Made by a program: the position numbers and the translations under genes. From Eledone cirrhosa (lineage: Eukaryota), in the NCBI GenBank assembly GCA_964016885.1, contig CAXHJY010000565.1, positions 1 to 64,000 on the forward strand: a DNA stretch of 64,000 nucleotides. Direction: 5' to 3'. The notes under the pieces are model-generated. The model was not told the origin of the DNA. It did not search any database and saw nothing but the letters and a program-made list of their open reading frames with translations. The first letter of the stretch is position 1. Every line of letters starts with the position of its first letter. Below are positions 43,406 through 56,819 of the stretch, in pieces.

Positions 43406-44750
43406 CAATGTCAGTTTTGAACTCAGCACCTCCATTAGCACTTCACCTTTAGGGCTTGCATTGCACCACTGCACCACACTTATGATCCACCCTTTCTGCT
43501 AAACAATTCAGCCGACCTATAACTCTATACTCTTACTATAGTAAACTTAGATTACTTATAATTATATAGTGATGGAAATATAATTTGGATAAACTTTAAA
43601 TATTAAACGTAACAATGAATTATATATACATTTTCAATTAAATGTAAAAATTAATATCATTGTATATATAGGATTAATGTAGTAACATAAGGGATTTATC
43701 TAACTTAAATGCAATATGGAACAATGAATTATGTATACATCTATAATTAAATGTATGGATTAACATTAATAACATTGTATATAAAGGATGTGTTTATTTA
43801 CTCTAGAGATATATCTATTTTACCATGCAAACAGCTATACGGTATTACATATCTTACCATATACTGGGTAGACAGCAATCTGGTAAAACCTTTGATATAT
43901 TTTGGGAGGGTAGACTGTATCTAAGATTAAATTAATATAAATATATAACACTTTGTATGGGAAATTCAATTATGGCACTTTATAATACTTGATAGGCAAC
44001 TTTATAATGATACCTTAATGTATTAGGAGAGAGTAGACTGGGTTTAAAATTAAATTAAATATAAATATATAGTTTCTATATTAGGACCTCAATTATAACA
44101 CTATATAAAGTCCCTAAGAACAATGAGTAATTATTATTATAATGAGCTAGTTACCTCCCCTTACGCATTAGCTCCCCTTATTTCCATTCCCACTTCCGGG
44201 TATTAAACAGTAGTAAATTCTCCCAGCTCTACAAATGTAATATACGATACGGACTAAATAACACTAAGTTACTTTACTTTACAAGCCATTACTATAACAG
44301 ACACTCAATACAAATATATCGTGACAAAAGTAATGGATGTGAAACCTGGAACTTTCTTATTCTACACACACACATATTTGATCTACACAGAAAATATCTC
44401 TGCACTGCAACCACCATAATATAATAACACACCCGCTTTAAGTGCTTGTATTTTGTATGCAACACCCAGCATTCATATATGCTTGATACTTTTGCTTGTT
44501 CAATTGCTTTATATATGACTAACGCACGTACTGTCTCTTTAATTTTATTTATTTATTTAATAGACGCTCTTGTATTATCTGTCACATGTGCTCCACCAAA
44601 AGCTTTTAATTTTGATTTTGAATCTTATTGTACAATTATAGTATAACATAATATATGTCGTATCCATCCCACACTGTTGACCACAATATGTATCTGTATG
44701 ATTCTTCAGCGGAATAGGAGGCTGATTATATGTACAAATATTATTAATAA

Positions 44751-44797
44751 TGCTCCGAAGACTCCAAGCCTAGGCATGGAAGAAACAATTGTCAGCA
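44751..44797 (+). ncRNA. Minimal type I hammerhead ribozyme, CCGAAGA core variant
   Basis: TGCT CCGAAGA CTCCA..TGGAA GAAA CAATTG TC AGCA. Confidence 0.75.
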
Positions 44798-44833
44798 ATT
44801 AAATGTTCTAACATAGCTTTGATTCTTGTGTAT

Positions 44834-44886
<53 letters not shown>

Positions 44887-44892
<6 letters not shown>

Positions 44893-45553
44893 ATACTTGG
44901 GGAGGGTCATATTTGTGTAACATTGCGAGAATTAATAACAGAACACACTCACTGTTTGGTTGGTTTTCGCTTCTCGCTTCTGTGTCTTTTATATCGGTAA
45001 TCTAACTTACTCGGTCCTCAATGTTGCCATTGACTGACCGACGGTCAAAAATAATACAGATACAATATAGACACAAACACATATATATATAGTTTATCAT
45101 AAATCTTTCGTTGTACATCTGCAACATCGTCAGTGGTGTTATATTGTCCTCCTGTTGTGTTGTATGTCTACGCCATTTTTATTCAGTCTTTATTGAGACT
45201 GAATAAAAATGGCGTAGACATACAACACAACAGGAGGACAATATAACACCACTGACGATGTTGCAGATGTGCAACGAAAGATTTATGATAAACTATATAT
45301 ATGTGTTTGTGTCTATATTGTATCTGTATTATGTTTGACCGTCGGTCAGTCAATGGCAATATTGAGGACCGAGTAAGTTAGATTACCGATATAAAGGACA
45401 CAGAAGCGAGAAGTGAAAACCAACCAAACAGTGAGTGTGTTCTGTTATTAATTCTGGCAATATTACACAAATATGACCTTCCCCAAGTATAACAATATTT
45501 GTTTCGACACACGATTTCATATAAAAAACCTCGCAAAACTAATTCATCGCCGC
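44887..45553. mobile_element. Palindromic pair of Naiad-like pLTR ends (about 300-bp arms, centre ~45190)
   Basis: Both arms match 34257-34620. The hammerhead at ~45248-45290 has a perfect GTTGCA/TGCAAC stem II. Confidence 0.9.
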
Positions 45554-45567
45554 TATATATATATATA

Positions 45568-46112
45568 TTAGAAATATAACCTTTAGAAGCTAGAAGCTAC
45601 ATTCTTAGCAAGTAAATGACAAGTAAGTATGTTTTGAAACAGTGAGCGAGTTTGAAATTAGAAATATAAGCTTTCACCGTATTTTTTACTAAAGAAATTT
45701 TTAGCCTGATAGTGGGGTTTAGAACCCTCAGAGAAACGGAAAAAGATGAGTATTGACGTACATGGGAGTCGAACCCACATCTTTGGTTATCGAGAGCACT
45801 GTGTTACCATTACACCAACACATCACCCATCTCCTTCTATTCAAATTAGAAGCTACATTCTTAGCAAGTAAATGACAAGTAAGTATGTTTTGAAACAGTG
45901 AGCGAGTTTGAAATTAGAAATTGGTAGCACAGTGGTCTGGATAACCAAAGATGTGGGTTCGACTCCCATGTACGTCAATACTCATCTTTTTCCATTTCTC
46001 TGAGGGTTCTAAACCCCACTATCAGGCTAAACATTTCTTTAGTCACAAATACGGTGAAAGCTTATATTTCTAATTACAAACTCGCTCACTGTTTCAAAAC
46101 AAACATACTTAC
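45568..46112 (-). mobile_element. tRNA-containing repeat unit with direct and inverted partial duplications
   Basis: Direct repeat 45591-45665/45848-45921 and inverted repeat 45623-45810/45922-46112. (TA)n flanks. Confidence 0.75.
45754..45824 (-). tRNA. tRNA-like cloverleaf (pseudo-tRNA or Pol III promoter; anticodon ambiguous)
   Basis: 71 nt: acceptor GATGTGT/GTACGTC with wobbles, D stem GTGT/ACAC, imperfect anticodon stem, T arm GTGGG-TTCGACT-CCCAT, then TTTTT about 10 nt downstream. Confidence 0.6.
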
Positions 46113-46648
46113 ATATATATATAGGTGGTTCAGTAGATTCGTGGTTTAAGGCACGTGTATATATTTAATTTCACATTAAAGAGGTTTAGAATCTATATAA
46201 ACGCTATAGACCTGACTCAAACGTTTATATAGATCCTGAGCGACCCATCTGAAATAGTCGTAACTGTGTATAATCAATAAAGACCTTAATGTGAAACCTC
46301 GCTTTGTTTTCAATATATATATATATGCATCTTTGTGTGCGTGCGCGTGTGTGTGCGTGTGCGTATACCTGTATCTCTGTGTGTGTGTGTGTGCGCCTAC
46401 ATAAATGTTTATGTTTCTTTCAGATTTTTTATCACTTCCCACTTTGTATAAATAAATCCCCAGGGTGGTGGATATTTAAAATGTGATACAAGGAAAGATG
46501 GAATAGCATCTGTATTAAAGTACATTCCGATAATATACACAGACGAAGAATTAATATAAACACATATACAGTTACACGCATAACTACATGTACAATACTT
46601 ACATACACGCAAACACACTCGCTCATATACATGTGTGCACGGCGTGTA

Positions 46649-46872
<224 letters not shown>

Positions 46873-46919
46873 CATACAGTTTACTGTGTTTCTTACTGCA
46901 TATATATTATTATTATATA

Positions 46920-47101
46920 TTGGCAGTATGGGTAGAAGGTCGGACGCCATGCTTTCCAGCATAGTTACGTCCCTTTACGATCTGAGTTCAAATCCCGCCG
47001 AGGTTGACTTTGCCTTTCATCCTTACAGGGTCGATAAAATAAAGTACCAGTAATGCACTGGGTAATTGCTGGCCTTGTGCCTAAAGTAGAAACAATTATT
47101 A
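46920..47101 (+). mobile_element. SINE family A
   Basis: Matches the family consensus. Confidence 0.9.
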
Positions 47102-47108
47102 TATATAT

Positions 47109-47143
<35 letters not shown>

Positions 47144-47243
47144 CAGGGTGTCCCAAAAAATGCATACACACTTTGATTACCTGTACAGGCAATATTTATT
47201 AGAATGCTGTTGAGGTGTGTATACATTTTTGGGGGACACCCTG
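47144..47243. mobile_element. 100-bp Tc1/mariner-type MITE
   Basis: TA|CAGGGTGTCCCAAAAAATGCATACAC...GTGTATACATTTTTGGGGGACACCCTG|TA. Confidence 0.88.
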
Positions 47244-47425
47244 TACATATATATATATATATAACTATTAAAATATAATAGGAGATATTGTACATTATTA
47301 TCTTGCCTTGTTACAAATATATTCATGCGCATAATAAATAAAATTGAAATACATTCCAATAGGTGTATATTAACAGAGCACATACAATATATAGTTTAAC
47401 GTCTGTGTGTGTGTGTGTGTGTGTT

Positions 47426-47486
<61 letters not shown>

Positions 47487-47549
47487 CTCCTACCTATACG
47501 AGAAACAAGGAGTGCGTGTGTGTGTGTGGAGTGTGTCTGCGTGTATGTG

Positions 47550-47593
<44 letters not shown>

Positions 47594-47607
47594 AGTGTGT
47601 GTGAAGT

Positions 47608-47675
<68 letters not shown>

Positions 47676-47926
47676 TCTCCTACCCATACGAGAAACAAGT
47701 GCTGAAAGAATGCGTTGTTAAGGGACGAAGAAAGAAAGTAGAGGTCTGCAAGGTAAGGGGGGTAAAGACGTTTGTTCAAGAATTGTATGATTACCTCAAC
47801 CTCTAACACAGCCATTCAGATCAAACAATCAAGACTGCACTGTATTATATATCGCCATCATCAGCACCAATCACCTCTGGGTTCAACATCAACACTTACC
47901 AACACTAAAACCTTACAATAGGCTCT

Positions 47927-48426
47927 AGAAGAAGAAGAAGAAGAAGAAGAAGAAGATTTTTAGCGAAAAAATATAATCTATAAAAAGAAATCCTAGTCAT
48001 CACTCCAAATGTATATAAACAATCACAGCCACACTCACCATCATCATCATCATCATCTTCATCGTGGTCATCGTCTTTGTCTTCATCATCATCATCATAT
48101 TTGTCATCGTCATCATCGTCGTCGTCATGTTTGTCATCATCATCATCATCGTCATCATCATCATCGTCATCATCATCGTCTTTATCAACACTAACATCAT
48201 CACTATATTCATCATTATCCTAATGAACATTTACCATCACCCTCACCACAATAAACACCACTACACACACTGTGTTTCTACCACTGTACATGTAACTATA
48301 TACCCCACATCTATCTACACCACTACCATAACAAACACACCTTATAAAAATGTATACACACTTTATAAAGATACACACATACACACAACTCATTCAAAAT
48401 ACACATATATATATATACATAAATAA

Positions 48427-48486
<60 letters not shown>

Positions 48487-50962
48487 CGAAGGAAGTGTCG
48501 TAAGGAACCAGATGGACCATAACGCACCAGAGTACTCAATACTTAGAGTAATAGAGTGGGTAATAGGAAAAAGTTTAACCTATATTTAACCTAAACTTTT
48601 TCCTATATATATATATATATATATAATGTAGGAGGTGAGTTTTATTGTAGCACAATAAAGCAATACAAATATCGGATAAGTAGCACTCTACAGTTTGTAG
48701 GACTGGAGTATAAATAATATAAGATCAAAAGATGGTTAAAAGAGTTCCAAGTATTTTATTATGCGCATTTCAAAAACAAATATTATCATGGGATGATATC
48801 TGCGTTCTCATTAGATAAAATAGGGAGAGATGATATGAAGCTTAAAAACACTTGTGAATAGTGAAGTTTTAAATCAACATATGAAAAATAAATTAAGATT
48901 GATGTATGAGATTGGGAAAAAGTGAGGGGGGAGGTAAGGAAGATGAAGAGATGAGAGTAAAGGATGGTGGGGGAGAAGTATAAGAAGGAAGGATGAGAGA
49001 GGAGGAGAGATGGGTGATAGAGAGAGAGAGAGAGATAGCCTTTACAACTTAGAAAAAAATATACATTGTCTCACAGAGAGAAATTAATAAGTCGTTGGAA
49101 GATAATAGATAATTTAAAAGATTTTGAAATTAAAAGTTAATAAGGTTTATGCATGAAGAAAAAGGAATTAAGAATAGTATTAAATTAAGGTTTGTATATT
49201 GAAGGGTTTAATAATATGTGCGAGGAAAAGAATTTATTAATATGTATTATTAAAATAAAAATATTAATGTTATTAAGGATATAATGTGAAAAGAAGGAGA
49301 AGAATGAATGAGTTATGAATTTAGAGGAATTAGTTAGGGTTTAAGTTTGTTTTTATGTAATGTGTACGTAAATAGTTTGTTTAAAATGAGCGCGGAAGGA
49401 AAGAAGAAAAGAATGTTTAAGGAAGAAAATATCTAACATCAAAAAGTATATATGTTTACGAAATATTTTCTAATGGTAATAATATAATATATTGCCATAA
49501 AATCCTTTTTCTCAAAGGCTTATATATCTTTTACAAATATACCCATCTTTCTACCTTATTTCAATATTATATATTATATAATACAATTTACTCATTCTAT
49601 ATCATTCCTCTTTATCATTTTCCTTTCTTCCTTTTTTCTTTTTAATTTCTAACCTCTAATCTGTACTTTTTCTTCCCAACTACTTCTCAATTCTTATTAT
49701 TACTCACCACAACATTATTCATTCTTCCATCTTTCTTTATATCATTGGCCATAAAAATTATTTTTTTAATACATTATAGTATTACCATTAGAAGTCCTTC
49801 GTGAACATATAATTTTTTGACGTTAGATTTTTTTCTTCCTTAAATTTTTCTTATCTCCTCCATCCTTTCATGCTCGTTTTAAACTACTACTTAATTTGAC
49901 TTTTACATATTACAATACATAAAAACAAACTTAAACCCTAACTAATTTCTTTTAATATATTATATTATTACCATTAGAAAATATTTCGTAAACATATATA
50001 CTTTTTGATGTTAGATATTTTCTTCCTTAAACATTCTTTTCTTCTTTCCTTCCGCGCTCATTTTAAACAAATTATTTACGTACACATTACATAAAAACAA
50101 ACTTAAACCCTAACTAATTCCTCTAAATTCATAACTCATTCATTCTTCTCCTTCTTTTCACATTATATCCTTAATAACATTAATATTTTTATTTTAATAA
50201 TACATATTAATAAATTCTTTTCCTCGCACATATTATTAAACCCTTCAATATACAAACCTTAATTTAATATATTCTTAATTCCTTTTTCTTCATGCATAAA
50301 CCTCATTAACTTTTAATTTCAAAATCTTTTAAATTATCTATTATCTTCCAACGGTTTTTTAATTTCACTCTGTGAGACAATATATATTTTTTTCTCAGTT
50401 GTAAAGGCTATCTCTCTCTCTCTCTCTATCACCCATCTCTCCTCCTCTCTCATCCTTCCTTCTTATACTTCTCCCCCACCATCCTTTACTCTCATCTCTT
50501 CATCTTTCTTACCTCCCCCCTCACTTTTTCCCAATCTTATACATCAATCTTAATTTATTTTTCATATGTTGATTTAAAACTTCACTATTCACAAGTGTTT
50601 TTTAAGCTTCATATCATCTCTCCCTATTTTATCTGATGAGAACGCAGATATCATCCCATGATGATATTTGTTTTTGAAATGCGCATAATAAAATACTTGG
50701 AACTCTTTTAACCATCTTTTGATCTTATATTATTTATACTCCAGTCCTACAAACTGTAGAGTGCTACTTATCCGATATTTGTATTGCTTTATTGTGCTAC
50801 AATAAAACTCACCTCCTACATTATATATATATATATATATATATAGGAAAAAGTTTAGGTTAAATATAGGTTAAACTTTTTCCTATTACCCACTCTATTA
50901 CTCTAAGTATTGAGTACTCTGGTGCGTTATGGTGCTTCTGGTTCCTTACGACACTTCCTTCG

Positions 50963-51028
<66 letters not shown>

Positions 51029-51029
51029 T

Positions 51030-51070
<41 letters not shown>

Positions 51071-51560
51071 TTATGTATATATATATATATGTGTGTTTTG
51101 AATGAGTTGTGTGTATGTGTGTATCTTTATAAGGTGTGTATACATTTTTATAAGGTGTGTTTGTTATGGTAGTGGTGTAGATAGATGTGGGGTATATAGT
51201 TACATGTACAGTGGTAGAAACACAGTGTGTGTAGTGGTGTTTATTGTGGTGAGGGTGATGGTAAATGTTCATTAGGATAATGATGAATATAGTGATGATG
51301 TTAACGTTGATAAAGACGATGATGATGATGATGACAAACATGACGACGATGATGATGATGATGATGATGATGACAAACATGACGACGATGATGATGATGA
51401 CAAAGATGATGATGATTATGATGATGATGACAAAGACGACGACCACGATGAAGATGATGATGATGGTGAGTGTGGCTGTGATTGTTTATATACATTTGGA
51501 GTGATGACTATGATTTTTTTTATAGATTATATTTTTTCGCTAAAAATCTTCTTCTTCTTC
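47927..51560. repeat. Large inverted repeat, arms ~1.55 kb (47927-49492 / 49955-51560), spacer ~460 bp
   Basis: The arms match throughout, including (GAA)n, (CAT)n and (TA)n blocks and a hammerhead-bearing module. Confidence 0.95.
50625..50695 (+). ncRNA. Type I hammerhead ribozyme (mirror copy 48752-48822 on - has core CTAATGA)
   Basis: TATTTTAT CTGATGA, long stem II (..CAGATATCATC/GATGATATTTG..), GAAA TGCGCA TA ATAAAATA, with palindromic stem III. Confidence 0.8.
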
Positions 51561-51768
51561 TCCTCCTTCTCCTCCTTCTTCTTCTGCTTCTTCTCCTCCT
51601 CCTCCTCCTTCTTCTTCTTCTTCTTCTCCTCCTCCTCATTTTCCTCTTCTTCTTCTTCTTCTTCTTCTTCTTCTCATCCTCCTCCTCGTCCTTCTTATTC
51701 TGCTTCTTCTTCTTCTTCCCTGCCAATAATGCGCTCAAAGGAGAAAGAATCCTGAGCTATTTAAAATA

Positions 51769-52221
51769 CAATATGCTGACAAGGTAACACACTAGAGAGA
51801 GATATACAGTGCGTTATCAATAAAACAGGGGAAAACCACCAGTGTATGGAATCTATAACCTATGAAAGGCAGGGTAGAGACACGATAATTAAAAATATAA
51901 ACTAAAGTGTAGAGACGCACCTCTATAACTATATAAGACACGTACAAATCAAAAGAGATCTGTTTCGCCAAGAAGTTGTTGACTGAAATGAAGTAGCCCA
52001 TGGTTCATCAGCGTGTGTAAGGCTATACATTCCAGACAAATAAGAGAATCTAAAGCGACCGCCCAGCTACACGTAGGAGAGAGATGTCACAGCGTTTTAG
52101 GGCAGTGAATCAGTGGTGTCTGAGGGACGAGCTACTAGAAAGATTCCACACACTGGTGGTTTTCCCTGTTTTATTGATGGCGCACTATCTCTCTCTAGTG
52201 TGTTACCTTTTCAACATATTG
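51769..52221. mobile_element. MITE with ~85-bp imperfect TIRs and TA flanks
   Basis: CAATATGCTGACAAGGTAACACACTAGAGAGAGATA...TATCTCTCTCTAGTGTGTTACCTTTTCAACATATTG. Confidence 0.75.
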
Positions 52222-52304
52222 TATATATATATATATATATACATATGCACATGTACACACAAACAAATACATATACATACATACACGAAAACGCGCGTGC
52301 ATAC

Positions 52305-52652
52305 ACACACATATACACACACACATCCACACACTCACATCCACACACTCACATCCACATACGCACATCAACACACTCACATCCACACACTCGCATCCAC
52401 ACACACACATCCACACACTCACATCCACACACTCACATCCACATACTCGCATCCACACACACACATCCACACACTCATCCACACACTCGCATCCACACAC
52501 TCACATCCACATCCACACACTCACATCCACACACTCACATCCACACACACACACATCCTCACACTCACCTCCACACATCCACACACTCACAGCGACACAC
52601 TCACATCCTCACACTCAGCCACACACACACACCCTTACACTCACATCCACTC
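52305..52652. repeat. (CACACTCACATC)-type 12-bp minisatellite
   Basis: Directly visible. Confidence 0.9.
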
Positions 52653-52796
52653 ATGCCCAAATCATAGCTAACAAAAGTTGTGTGATTCTTAGAGAATTTA
52701 TTCAAATGATTGTTATAGAGCAAATAATTTGGGGAGCTTTAAGGGGCTGATGGACTGCAAATCTAAACTGATAGTATCTAAACAATAACCCGAAGG

Positions 52797-53183
52797 AACA
52801 GCAGCAATTACAGCAACAGCAGCAGTAACAATAGCAGCAACAACAACAGCAACAACAGCAGTAACAATAGCAGCAACAACAGCAGTAACAATAGCAGCAA
52901 CAACAGCAGTAACAATAGCAGCAACAACAGCAGTAACAATAGCAGCAACAACAGCAACAACAGCAGCAACAACAGAAGCAACAACAGTAGCAACAACAGC
53001 ACTAACAACAGCAGTAACAACAGCAGTAACAACAGCAGTAACAATAGCAGTAACAATAGCAGTAACAACAGCAGTAACAACAGCAGTAACAATAGCAGCA
53101 ACAACAGCAGCAACAACAGCAGCAACAACAGCAGCAACAACAGTAGCAACAACAGTAGCAAAAACAGCACTAACAACAGCAGT

Positions 53184-53218
<35 letters not shown>

Positions 53219-53790
53219 AAGCAATAATATCAGCAGCAATTACAACAACATCAGTAATTACAACAGCAGTAGCAACAACAGCAATTGCAACAACAGCAGC
53301 AACAATAACAACAGCAGCAACAACAGCAGCAGCAATTACAACAACAACAACAGCAGTAGTAATAACACCAGCAGCAGCAATAACAACAACAGCGGCAGCA
53401 ATAACAACAACAGTAGCAGCAACAACAGCAGCAACAACAGCAGCAGCAATAACAGCAACAGTAGCAACAACAACAGCAACAACATCGGCAGGAATTAAAA
53501 CAACAGCAGCAGCAATAACAACTATAGGAGCAGAAATAACAACAGCAACAGCAGTAGTAGTAACATCATCAGCAACAACAGCACAACAACACCAGCAACA
53601 AATACAACAACAGCATCAACAACAAGAACAGCAACAGCAGTAAGAACATCAGCAACATCAGCAACAATAACAACAACAGCACCAGCAATAACAATAACAG
53701 CAGCAACAGCAATAACAACATCAGCAGTAGTAGTAACAACATCAGCAACAACAGCACAAAACTATCAGCAACAAATACAGCAGCAACACC
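52797..53790. repeat. Degenerate (CAA/CAG/TAA/TAG)n triplet repeat with 12-bp periodicity
   Basis: Directly visible. Confidence 0.93.
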
Positions 53791-55202
53791 AATGACAACG
53801 GCAGCAACACCAGCACAACACCAACAGAATCAACAACAACAACAAACAGCAATAACAACAACAGCAGCAACACCAGCACAACACCAACAGAATCAACAAC
53901 AACAACAAACAGCAATAACAACAACGGCAGCAACACCAGCACAACACCAACAGAATCAACAACAACAACAAACAGCAATAACAACAACAGCAGCAACACC
54001 AGCACAATACCAACAGAATCAACAACAACAAACAGCAATAACAACAACGGCAGCAACACCAGCACAACACCAACAGAATCAACAACAACAAACAGCAATA
54101 ACAACAACGGCAGCAACACCAGCACAACACCAACAGAATCAACAACAACAACAAACAGCAATAACAACAACGGCAGCAACACCAGCACAACACCAACAGA
54201 ATCAACAACAACAACAAACAGCAATAACAACAACGGCAGCAACACCAGCACAACACCAACAGAATCAACAACAACAACAAACAGCAATAACAACAACGGC
54301 AGCAACACCAGCACAACACCAACAGAATCAACAACAACAACAAACAGCAATAACAACAACGGCAGCAACACCAGCACAACACCAACAGAATCAACAACAA
54401 CAACAAACAGCAATAACAACAACGGCAGCAACACCAGCACAACACCAACAGAATCAACAACAACAACAAACAGCAATAACAACAACGGCAGCAACACCAG
54501 CACAACACCAACAGAATCAACAACAACAACAAACAGCAATAACAACAACAGCAGCAACACCAGCACAATACCAACAGAATCAACAACAACAACAAACAGC
54601 AATAACAACAACGGCAGCAACACCAGCACAACACCAACAGAATCAACAACAACAACAAACAGCAATAACAACAACAGCAGCAACACCAGCACAATACCAA
54701 CAGAATCAACAACAACAACAAACAGCAATAACAACAACGGCAGCAACACCAGCACAACACCAACAGAATCAACAACAACAACAAACAGCAATAACAACAA
54801 CAGCAGCAACACCAGCACAATACCAACAGAATCAACAACAACAACAAACAGCAATAACAACAACGGCAGCAACACCAGCACAACACCAACAGAATCAACA
54901 ACAACAACAAACAGCAATAACAACAACGGCAGCAACACCAGCACAACACCAACAGAATCAACAACAACAACAAACAGCAATAACAACAACGGCAGCAACA
55001 CCAGCACAACACCAACAGAATCAACAACAACAACAAACAGCAATAACAACAACGGCAGCAACACCAGCACAACACCAACAGAATCAACAACAACAACAAA
55101 CAGCAATAACAACAACGGCAGCAACACCAGCACAACACCAACAGAATCAACAACAACAACAAACAGCAATAACAACAACAGCAGCAACACCAGCACAATA
55201 CC
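53790..55202. repeat. 63-bp tandem minisatellite, about 22 copies
   Basis: Unit ACAACAACGGCAGCAACACCAGCACAACACCAACAGAATCAACAACAACAACAAACAGCAATA. Two units are 60 bp. Confidence 0.97.
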
Positions 55203-55667
55203 GTCACATAATCTGACTTGTGTTACACTTTATATTGTATACATTATATTGTATATTCTACACTATTTTATCGTCTGCTGTTTGTCTGGATTGGATTACA
55301 GCTAAAAGCAAATAAATATTGATCGCCATTCATTTTTTACTTAGATTTTGGGGGTTGTGTTTTTTAATAATGTTTAAGTATGTATAATTGAGATGAATAT
55401 ACACATATACAAATATACATACATACAACAAATACATACATTCATACATACATATATACACACACGTACATACATACATACATACATACATACATACATA
55501 CATACAAAAAATACATAGATATATGCATATGCATATACGCATACATACATACATTCATACTCACACGCACAGATAGATACATATATATATAACATACATA
55601 CATACATCAAATACATACATTCATACACACATACATACATACATACATACATACATACATACATACA

Positions 55668-55702
<35 letters not shown>

Positions 55703-55907
55703 GCATACATACATATACGCATACATACATACATACATATACACACACAGATAGATAGATATATATATACACATACATACAGCGCGCACACATGCATGCA
55801 TACACATACATGCATGCATTGACATATGTACACATACTTACACACACATACATACACATACACACATTCGTACACACACTCATTCATACACATACATATA
55901 CATACAT

Positions 55908-56013
55908 GCAAGGGATGATCGACTATACAAGGGACGAACAAAATATCTTCTTTACAACCCTGCCACCGGGAATATGGTCGGTCTAAGATAAACTGAAAAT
56001 TATGAGACAAAAT
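55908..56013 (+). mobile_element. 3' tip of a third R4-like subfamily
   Basis: CAAGGGA..A..TCTTCTTTACAACCCTGCCACCGGGAATATGGTCGGTC resembles 26575-26665. It lies in a CATA-rich tract. Confidence 0.65.
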
Positions 56014-56137
56014 ATATATACATACGTACATAGATACAAACATATATACATACATGCATACATACATACATACATACATACATACATACATACATACATA
56101 CATACATACATACATACATACATACATACATACATAC

Positions 56138-56743
56138 ATGGTGGCTGCCAACTCGTTTTCGAGTACGGCCACTACTTTATATCCATGTAGAACCCCTACC
56201 GGTGCGCTGAACGAGTGTGGCTTTTTAGTCCAGCCAGCGACTTGAAAACTCTGGTACAAACACTACACTTGTGACAATTATTGACACATAGTGCTGGGCC
56301 CATGGTACCCTGTGACGACAAGTGCAGAGAGATCTCCAGATATAAAACAATGCCTGTTCCGTGAAGCTTTTATAGTGAGCAAAGGCACTGCACAAAGCCA
56401 GTCCCACTCTCTTAACCAAGATGATATTTACCAAAAAGAAGAACATGTCAACATCATTGGATACCATCAGAGTTGCAGGTGTTATATCAGAGTTTTCCTT
56501 CTCCTAGAATTCTGCCCTGACAAAGGCTAAGGGGTCATCTCTCCCGGTGATTTTGGATGGCCATTGACTCTTAAGTGCTCCTTTGCCCTTTGACAGGTTT
56601 TGTTTTTAGTCCTGCAGGATGTCCAAAGTCACCCTCCTCACCAAGAAACCTTGGTGGGGTTGCCAGTTTAGTCGCCAACGACCCGACCATGAGACAGGTT
56701 GTACTGGGATACATGTTACCAGTTGCACCAACTGGTGACCTGA
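56138..56743 (-). mobile_element. Non-autonomous bipartite RTE derivative, full length (~605 bp)
   Basis: Same 5' end TCAGGTCACCAG as 57943-58550. (ATGT)n tail. Confidence 0.9.
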
Positions 56744-56819
56744 CATGCAAAAAAAAAATACATACATACATACATACATACATACATACATACATACATA
56801 CATACATACATACATACTT

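Larger units (their letters stand above)
42800..44830 (+). mobile_element. Penelope-like element, 3' part (GIY-YIG plus long 3' region plus hammerhead)
   Basis: Endonuclease remnant at 42977-43405, hammerhead at 44751-44797, (TA)n flanks. Confidence 0.8.

Noticed and set aside
53790-55202. CRISPR-like array or Cys/Leu-rich protein on -
   Set aside because: There are no unique spacers and the context is eukaryotic. The antisense ORFs follow from the repeat composition.
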